Notes under the pieces: model-generated
What the model was told of the DNA's origin: nothing
Databases searched by the model: none
What the model saw: only the letters and a program-made list of their open reading frames with translations
Made by a program: the position numbers and the translations under genes
Origin: Nannocystis bainbridge
GTDB lineage: Bacteria; Myxococcota_A; Polyangia; Nannocystales; Nannocystaceae
Length of the DNA: 64,000 nt
Reading direction: 5' to 3'
Assembly: GCF_028368995.1 (NCBI RefSeq)
Contig: NZ_JAQNDL010000001.1
Span: forward strand, 4,128,001-4,192,000
Part shown: one piece after another, positions 57,959 to 64,000 of the stretch
Position numbering within the stretch: position 1 is the stretch's first letter
How the letters are laid out: every line of letters begins with the position of its first letter

Positions 57959-59305
57959 TCAGCCCTGCGCGTGGGCCAGAGCGATGTCGAGGTAGGGCTG
58001 GATCAGCCCTAGCACGTGCCCGCGGGCGCGGACACGGCGGAGGTTGCCGTAGTGCCCGGCGATCGCCCGGTCGACGAAGATGATCTCGCGCGGCGGCTGG
58101 AACGACGCCATGCGCTTGAGGGCGGCCGGGATCATGCGGATCACGTCGTCGTGCAGGGTCGCGCGGGCGTAGTCGAACGGCTCGCCGGTGAGGAACGGCA
58201 GCGCCAGGATGTCGCGCCACTGCTTGTAAAAGGCCGGCTCGACCGGCGGCCCGTCGGGGTTGCGCACCCCGAGCGCGCGCAGGGCCTCGTCGACGCCGTC
58301 CCAGTCCTCGGCGATCCCGCAGCGGATCGTCCTGGCGTAGGCCGCGGCGATCTCGGGCGGGACCTGCTTCACGCAGCCGAAGTCGTAGAGCACGACGTCG
58401 CCGTTCGGGCGGAACGCCAGGTTGCCGGGGTTGGGATCGGCGTGGATCAGCCGGTGCTCGAACAGCTGGGCCGCCAGCGCGCCGAACAGGTTCTCGCCGA
58501 TCCGGTCGCGCACCGCCTGCGAGTAGCCGCGGGCGTCGAGCTCCTCGATGCGGTCCCCTGGCTCGAAGGTCAGGGTCAGCACCCGCTGCGACGAGCGCTC
58601 GCCGACCACCTCGGGCACGATCACGTGGTCGTCGCCGCGGTGGATCTCGCCGAAGCGGCGGACGTTGTCGGCCTCGTTGCAGTAGTCGAGCTCCTCGACC
58701 AGGCGGGCGCGGATCTCGGCGAACACATCGTCCAGGCTCTGCTGCTTGACGTCGGCGAGGCCGGCCGCGCGCTTGACGAAGCCGCCGGCCTTGAGGGCGA
58801 ACTTGAGCTGCGCCAGGTCGGAGTCGACGGCGCCGTCGACGCCCGGGTACTGCACCTTGACCACGACCTCGCGGCCGTCGTCGGTGGTCGCGCGGTGGAC
58901 CTGGCCGATCGAGGCCGCCGCGAACGGCTCGACCTCGAAGCGCCTGAACAGCACCTCCGGCGCCGCGCCGAGCTCGCTCTCGATCTGGCGGGCGATCACC
59001 GCGAAGTCGACCGGCGGCGCCTCCCGCTGCAGCGAGCGCAGCGCCTCGGACAGCTCCTTCGGCAACAGGTCACCGGCGATCGACGCCATCTGCCCGACCT
59101 TCATCACCGCGCCCTTGAGCTCGCCGAGGGTCCGGGCGATGCGCCCGCCGTTGAGCTCGTGGGCGGCGTTGCGGTCGCGCTCGGCGTCCTCGTCCGACTG
59201 GAACATCCCCTTGATCCGCGTCTTCGCGTAGCTGCCCGCGACCTGTGCGGTCATGCCGGCGAGCTTGAAGAAGCGCCTCCCCTTGGTGACCGGGCCCTCG
59301 TTCAT
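57959..59305 (-). CDS. ABC1/AarF/UbiB-family atypical kinase
   Basis: LKGAVMKVGQ, PFAAASIGQVH, VVVKVQYPG, EELDY..EA, HADPNPGN and DFGC motifs. Confidence 0.92.
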   Translation of the reverse strand: MNEGPVTKGRRFFKLAGMTAQVAGSYAKTRIKGMFQSDEDAERDRNAAHELNGGRIARTLGELKGAVMKVGQMASIAGDLLPKELSEALRSLQREAPPVDFAVIARQIESELGAAPEVLFRRFEVEPFAAASIGQVHRATTDDGREVVVKVQYPGVDGAVDSDLAQLKFALKAGGFVKRAAGLADVKQQSLDDVFAEIRARLVEELDYCNEADNVRRFGEIHRGDDHVIVPEVVGERSSQRVLTLTFEPGDRIEELDARGYSQAVRDRIGENLFGALAAQLFEHRLIHADPNPGNLAFRPNGDVVLYDFGCVKQVPPEIAAAYARTIRCGIAEDWDGVDEALRALGVRNPDGPPVEPAFYKQWRDILALPFLTGEPFDYARATLHDDVIRMIPAALKRMASFQPPREIIFVDRAIAGHYGNLRRVRARGHVLGLIQPYLDIALAHAQG

Positions 59306-59444
59306 CGCCGCTCGCTCCGTCCTGACTCTGCCCGCCCGCCCGGGCTCGCGCAAGCCCACGCGCCCGCGCGTCGCAGCTCCTCGGCCGCGAGGCCCCGTCG
59401 CCGCCGGAGCGTGACTCGCCCGCGACCGGCGGAGCTGACGCAGC

Positions 59445-59508
59445 TGTCCTTCGGGACATGCTCGACGCCAGCGCGTCACATGTCCCGTGGGACATGTTCC
59501 TACGGGCA
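59445..59508. repeat. 14-bp units in the divergent intergenic region
   Basis: tgtccttcgggaca (59445); tgtcccgtgggaca|tgttcctacgggca (59481-59508). Confidence 0.8.
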
Positions 59509-59764
59509 CCTCCGGGCCCGGCCCCGCGAGCTCGCGGCCAGGGAGTGATTACCCTCGTCCCGGTGTGCGCTGGCTCGCGGCCGCGACCCGGGGCGGCCCG
59601 CGACGCGGCGCCTGGAACGCTGCGGGGATCGGTCGGTGGCGGCGAAACCGGGCGGGACCGCCGCCGGGGCCCGGGCCCGGGGCCTCGCGGGGCCGCCACG
59701 GGCCTTGCGAGCGGCCCGCGCCGCCCGGCCCCGCGAGCCTGTAGGATGAGCGACGGAGCCGACC

Positions 59765-60775
59765 GTGACCCGCGAAGCGAAGCCAGACTCGTCGAGGACC
59801 GTCCAGGAGACCGCGCGCTTCATCCTCCGCTACCTGCGGGAGAACGGCGAGGGCGCCACCAAGGAGACGCTGTCCACCAAGGCCGGCGTGGCCGGCGTGA
59901 CGGTGCAGCGGGCGCTCAAGTACATGCGCGAGGAGTGGGACGCGCCGCTCGAGTTCGTGCACGCGAGCAAGGTGTGGAAGCTGCTCGACGACAAGTTCAC
60001 GCTGCCGCTGACCGACCCCGACCCCGAGGATCTCGCTGCGGTCGTGTTCGCTTCGGCGCTGCTGCAGCCGGTCGCCGACGCCGAGCTCAACGCCCGCGTC
60101 AAGCGGCTGGTCGAGCAGATGGACGCCGCGATCGAGGAGACGCAGAAGAGCGCGTCCAAGGTGCGGCCGAAGAGCGTGACCGCGACGATGACCACCGGCA
60201 CGCGGGTCGACTCGCGCCTGGTGTCGAAGCTGCTGCAGGCCGTCGGCTCCGGCGTGGTCCGCATCGAGTACGACAGCCCGTGGTCGGGCACGCGCAAGAC
60301 CCATGACGTCGAGCCGTGGCAGCTGCGGCTCCACGACGGCGTGATGTACATGCGCGCGTTCTCGCGGACGACCGGCGACGCGCGCAGCTTCCGGGTCGCG
60401 CAGATCGTCCACGCGCGCGTGCTCCCGGGTCAGACCCCGCGCGAGGCCGTGCCGACCAAGAACAACCTGTGGGGTGGTTCGGAGCCGGGCTACGGCATCG
60501 ACAGCGACCGCCCCGGCGTCGCCACCTTGCGCGTGCGCGGCGGCGTGGCCCGGTGGATCGCCAACCTCGTGTGGGACCCCGGCCAGGAGGACAAGTGGAT
60601 CGAGCCTGGCGAGCTGCTCGAGCGCAAGGTGCCGTACCACTCGTGCCGCGAGTTCGCGCGGCGGCTGTTCACGATCGTCGACGGCCTCGAGTCGATCGAG
60701 CCGGCCGAGCTGCGCGAAGAGGTCGTCAGCGACGCGCGCGCCTTCCTCGACCGCTTGCATATCGCGCAGGCGTGA
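59765..60775 (+). CDS. HTH-WYL(-WCX) transcriptional regulator
   Basis: N-terminal HTH (GV..VTVQR.LK.MR), WYL domain I.Y......R...VEPW.L......Y......T...RSFRV..I and C-terminal ..EP.ELRE.V. Confidence 0.85.
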   Translation: MTREAKPDSSRTVQETARFILRYLRENGEGATKETLSTKAGVAGVTVQRALKYMREEWDAPLEFVHASKVWKLLDDKFTLPLTDPDPEDLAAVVFASALLQPVADAELNARVKRLVEQMDAAIEETQKSASKVRPKSVTATMTTGTRVDSRLVSKLLQAVGSGVVRIEYDSPWSGTRKTHDVEPWQLRLHDGVMYMRAFSRTTGDARSFRVAQIVHARVLPGQTPREAVPTKNNLWGGSEPGYGIDSDRPGVATLRVRGGVARWIANLVWDPGQEDKWIEPGELLERKVPYHSCREFARRLFTIVDGLESIEPAELREEVVSDARAFLDRLHIAQA

Positions 60776-60981
60776 GCGCCGCGTTGTCTGCCGCGGATCA
60801 AGCGCCCGTGGCAAGCTCCTCCTCGAGGTCGACGGGGGACGAACTGGGTGGGTGACTTCATCGCCCCGGGGCCGGTGCTGGCCTTACGGGCTTGAAGTCT
60901 TGGTGACCTCGGGCCCAGGCGGGGACCTACGCGGCGCAGGTCGTCGCGTGGGTCCTCGCCTCCTTTTGCTATCATCCGCGC

Positions 60982-62040
60982 GTGCGCACGCGCCCGCGAG
61001 TCTGCGTCCTTCACGTCGGCGGCACCATCGGCATGGTCCGCACCGAGACCGGTTACGCGCCGCAGCCGGGCTTCCTCGGCGAGTACATGGCCGCGATGCC
61101 CGAGCTGCAGCGCTCGGAGCTGCCGGCCTTCGACGTCATCTCGCTCGAGCCGCTGCTCGACTCGGCCGACATGGCGCCCGACGACTGGGTCCGCATCGCC
61201 GAGGCCATCGCCGCTCGCTACGCCGACTACACCGGCTTCGTCGTGGTCCACGGCACCGACACGATGGCCTACACCGCCTCGGCGCTGAGCTTCTTGCTGC
61301 CCGGCCTGGCCAAGCCCGTCATCCTCACCGGCTCGCAGCTCAGCCTCACCCACGTCCGCAGCGACGGCCGCGAGCACATCATCACCGCCCTCTTGCTCGC
61401 CGGCACCTGCGAGATCCCCGAAGTGTGCATCTACTTCGCCTCGCGCCTCCTCCGCGGCAACCGGGCGCAGAAGGTCCACAACCTCGACTTCGTCGCCTTC
61501 GACAGCGGCAACCTGCCCCCGCTCGCCACCCTCGGCGTCGGCATCGAGGTCGCCCGTCACCTGGTCCGAAAGCCAGGTTCTGCCGGCGCCGCCGGCCTGA
61601 CGATGATCCCCCTCGTGCGCCGGCCCGAGGTCGCCGCCGTGCGCCTGTTCCCTGGCATCGGCGCGGCGATGATGGCCAAGCTGCTCGAGCCCCCGCTCGA
61701 GGGCCTCGTGCTCGAGACCTACGGGGTCGGCAACGCGCCGAGCCGCGACCAGGCGCTGCTCTCGACGATCGCCCGCGCCGCCGCGCCGCCGCGCGAGGCG
61801 GTGATCGTCAACTGCTCGCAGTGCCACGGCGGCTCGGTCCGCCAGACCACCTACAGCACCGGCGCCGCGCTGGCCCGCGCCGGCGTGCTGTCCGGCTTCG
61901 ACATGACCCCCGAGGCGGCCCTCACCAAGCTCTACTGCCTGCTCGCCGCCGGCCTGCCGCCGGCGACCGTCCGCTCGCGCATGCAGCAAGACCTCGCCGG
62001 CGAGCTGACGCCGGACCCCGCGAGCGGCTCCGTCTCGTAA
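60982..62040 (+). CDS. ansA: Type I L-asparaginase
   Basis: GGTIGM, LDS.DM, HGTDTMAYTAS.LSF, KPVILTGSQ, RGNR, ETYG.GN and DMT.EAA.TKL motifs. Confidence 0.92.
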   Translation: MRTRPRVCVLHVGGTIGMVRTETGYAPQPGFLGEYMAAMPELQRSELPAFDVISLEPLLDSADMAPDDWVRIAEAIAARYADYTGFVVVHGTDTMAYTASALSFLLPGLAKPVILTGSQLSLTHVRSDGREHIITALLLAGTCEIPEVCIYFASRLLRGNRAQKVHNLDFVAFDSGNLPPLATLGVGIEVARHLVRKPGSAGAAGLTMIPLVRRPEVAAVRLFPGIGAAMMAKLLEPPLEGLVLETYGVGNAPSRDQALLSTIARAAAPPREAVIVNCSQCHGGSVRQTTYSTGAALARAGVLSGFDMTPEAALTKLYCLLAAGLPPATVRSRMQQDLAGELTPDPASGSVS

Positions 62041-62050
62041 AGGTGCGACG

Positions 62051-62620
62051 ATGCGCGATCTGTTCCTGAGCCTGTCCGTTTGCACATGTCTTTTCGCACA
62101 TGTCTCCGGGTGCAGCTCGCCACCGGCCGCCCCGGCCGCCCCGGCGAAGCCCGCCGCCAAGCCCGCCGCGTCCGCCGCTGACGCGCCGGTCGGCTACGAC
62201 CTGCGGCGCCTGCGGCCGCGCGACGAGGAGACGCTCGCCGCCATGTTCGAGCGCCTGCGCGCCCAGGCGCTGGCCGACGGCAAGCGCGTGGCCGTGCTGT
62301 TCAGCGCCGACTGGTGCGAGCCCTGCCGCGAGCTCGAGCAGGAGCTCGGCAACCGCCACCCGGCCGCGGAGATCGGCGATGTCCGGTTCCTCGAGCTCAA
62401 GGAGGAGGACTGGAGCGCGGCGGCCCGGATGGACGAGTTCAACGAGCTGCGCCGCCGCTGGGTCGGTCAGACCGGCTCGTACCCGCTGCTGATGCTGCTC
62501 GACGCCGAGGGCAATTCGAGCGAGGAGATGAAGCAGGCGATCGAGCGCCTCGAGGCTGCGAAGATCGAGCCGACGCTGGCGCACTGGCTGGCCGATACGC
62601 GGCCGAAGAGCGCGACCTAG
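62051..62620 (+). CDS. Exported thioredoxin-like (CxxC) protein
   Basis: Signal/lipoprotein-like N-terminus, FSADWCEPC and YP...LLD.EG. Confidence 0.75.
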   Translation: MRDLFLSLSVCTCLFAHVSGCSSPPAAPAAPAKPAAKPAASAADAPVGYDLRRLRPRDEETLAAMFERLRAQALADGKRVAVLFSADWCEPCRELEQELGNRHPAAEIGDVRFLELKEEDWSAAARMDEFNELRRRWVGQTGSYPLLMLLDAEGNSSEEMKQAIERLEAAKIEPTLAHWLADTRPKSAT

Positions 62621-62670
62621 CGGGGCAAACGTCGACCTCCGCTGGCCGGCCCGATGCCTGGGCCGGAGAT

Positions 62671-63057
62671 TCAGGAGCGCGCTGGCGGTGCGGCGGAGGC
62701 GAACGGCCGCCCGTCGAACACGACCCGGGCCGCGCGGATCTTGCCATCCTCGACGGTGTACCAGCGGGCGACGAAGCTTGTCGGGAGCGGCGCCTTCATC
62801 ACCAGGTCGCAGAAGACGGCCACGTCATCGTCGGCGGCGAAGATCTTCCGGATCTCCATGCGCTCGAGACGCTCGCCGGCCCGCTCCAGAGAAGCGACGT
62901 AGGCGTCGGCGTCGTGCACCGCCTCGAACGGGCCGGCGAAGGTCACCTCGTCGGCCAGCAGCCGCCGCACCGTCGCGTAGTCGCCGAGCAGCCACGCGGC
63001 CTCGAACTCGATCACGATCTCCTTCGCGCTCTTCGTCGCCTTCATTTCACTGTTCAT
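62671..63057 (-). CDS. SnoaL/NTF2-like protein
   Basis: LLADEVTF.GP, IFA..DDVAVF.D and W..VEDGKI...RVVFD motifs. Confidence 0.8.
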   Translation of the reverse strand: MNSEMKATKSAKEIVIEFEAAWLLGDYATVRRLLADEVTFAGPFEAVHDADAYVASLERAGERLERMEIRKIFAADDDVAVFCDLVMKAPLPTSFVARWYTVEDGKIRAARVVFDGRPFASAAPPARS

Positions 63058-63168
63058 GCCGCGAAGGTTGCCGTCGCCGCCCGGCCCGCGCCATGCTCGT
63101 TCGTCCGCGATCCCTGTCCGTTCGTCGCCCTCCCGCCGCCGACTCGGGCAAACTGACGCCTCGCGGTC

Positions 63169-64000
63169 ATGACGATCGATCCGCTCAGCGACGTGTTGAA
63201 GGCCGTGCGCCTGCGCAGCCGCCTCTTCTGTCAGTCGACGATGCGCGCGCCGTGGGGCTTCCGCGTCGAAGGTCGCAGCCCGGCCAGTTTCAATATGGTG
63301 GTCGACGGCTGCGCGCGGCTCGAGCTGAAGGGCGTCGCGGAGCCGTTGAGCCTGGGTCCCGGCGATCTGGCGATCGTCCCCGGCGGCAACCCCTACACGG
63401 TAAACGACGGCCCGGGCTCGCCGACGCCGACGCTCGAGGAGCTGCTCGCGGTGTCGCCGGTGGATTCCGAAGGCCGGCTCTCGCACGGCGGCGACGGGCC
63501 CGTGACGACGCTGCTGTGCGGCGCGTTCTTCTTCGACGACGAGAGCGCGCGGGCCCTGCTCGACGCGTTGCCACCGGTGCTGCTGGTGCGAGCGCACGAC
63601 GGTCCCCCCGACCCGCACACGGCCTGGCTGCGCGCGACTCTAGTGCTGCTCGAGCACGAGGTCCACACCGACAACCCGGGCCGGCGGCTGCTGCTCGATC
63701 GACTGCTCGACATCCTGTTCGTGCAGGCCGTGCGGGCCCACTTTCAGGCGCCGACGAGCGCCCCGCCTGGCTGGCTCGACGCGTTGCGCGATCCGCAGAT
63801 CGGCGCCGCGGTGGCGCTGCTCCATCGTGAGTGCGCCCGACCGTGGACAGTGACGAGCATCGCGGCCAGGGTCGGTCTGTCGCGCACCGTGTTCACCGAG
63901 CGCTTCGGCATCTTGGTCGGCGAGTCCCCCGCGCGCTACCTGACGCGCTGCCGGGTCGCCCGGGCGATGACCCTGCTACGCGACGCGGACCCGTCGCTGG
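63169..64000 (+). CDS. AraC-family regulator with cupin N-domain (RclR-like), 3'-truncated by the window edge
   Basis: Manual translation (absent from the ORF track because no stop falls in the window): MTIDPLSDVLKAVRL...APWG...LLCGAF...GWL.ALRDPQIG.A..L.H....RPWTV..IA..VG.SR..F..RF...VGE.P..YL..R. Confidence 0.88.
   Translation, partial: MTIDPLSDVLKAVRLRSRLFCQSTMRAPWGFRVEGRSPASFNMVVDGCARLELKGVAEPLSLGPGDLAIVPGGNPYTVNDGPGSPTPTLEELLAVSPVDSEGRLSHGGDGPVTTLLCGAFFFDDESARALLDALPPVLLVRAHDGPPDPHTAWLRATLVLLEHEVHTDNPGRRLLLDRLLDILFVQAVRAHFQAPTSAPPGWLDALRDPQIGAAVALLHRECARPWTVTSIAARVGLSRTVFTERFGILVGESPARYLTRCRVARAMTLLRDADPSL

Overview
This is a very GC-rich, gene-dense chromosomal segment with about 56 probable CDSs. 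It most likely comes from a myxobacterium of the Nannocystis type; this is inferred from the Thr/Ser-rich lipoproteins, a MYXO-CTERM-like tail, a Ser/Thr kinase-TPR protein and ECF sigma/anti-sigma pairs. I found no rRNA, tRNA, CRISPR array, integrase or transposase. Housekeeping genes include IHF/HU, RNase Z, an acyl-CoA carboxylase operon, an RsuA-type pseudouridine synthase, Eda aldolase and asparaginase. Also present are two ECF operons, a ThiF-nitroreductase/N-acyltransferase (OxzAB/Rv1355c-Rv1356c-like) locus with two synthetase paralogues, and a GT/MMPL/ManC putative glycolipid cluster. The most striking unexplained signal is a dispersed 14-bp palindromic unit, TGYYY-N4-RRRCA (best copies TGTCC-N4-GGACA). 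It occurs at roughly 30 sites as head-to-tail arrays of 1-5 units in exact 14-bp phase, both at gene junctions and inside coding sequences. All family assignments come from motif recognition by eye, not database searches, and several start codons are best guesses.
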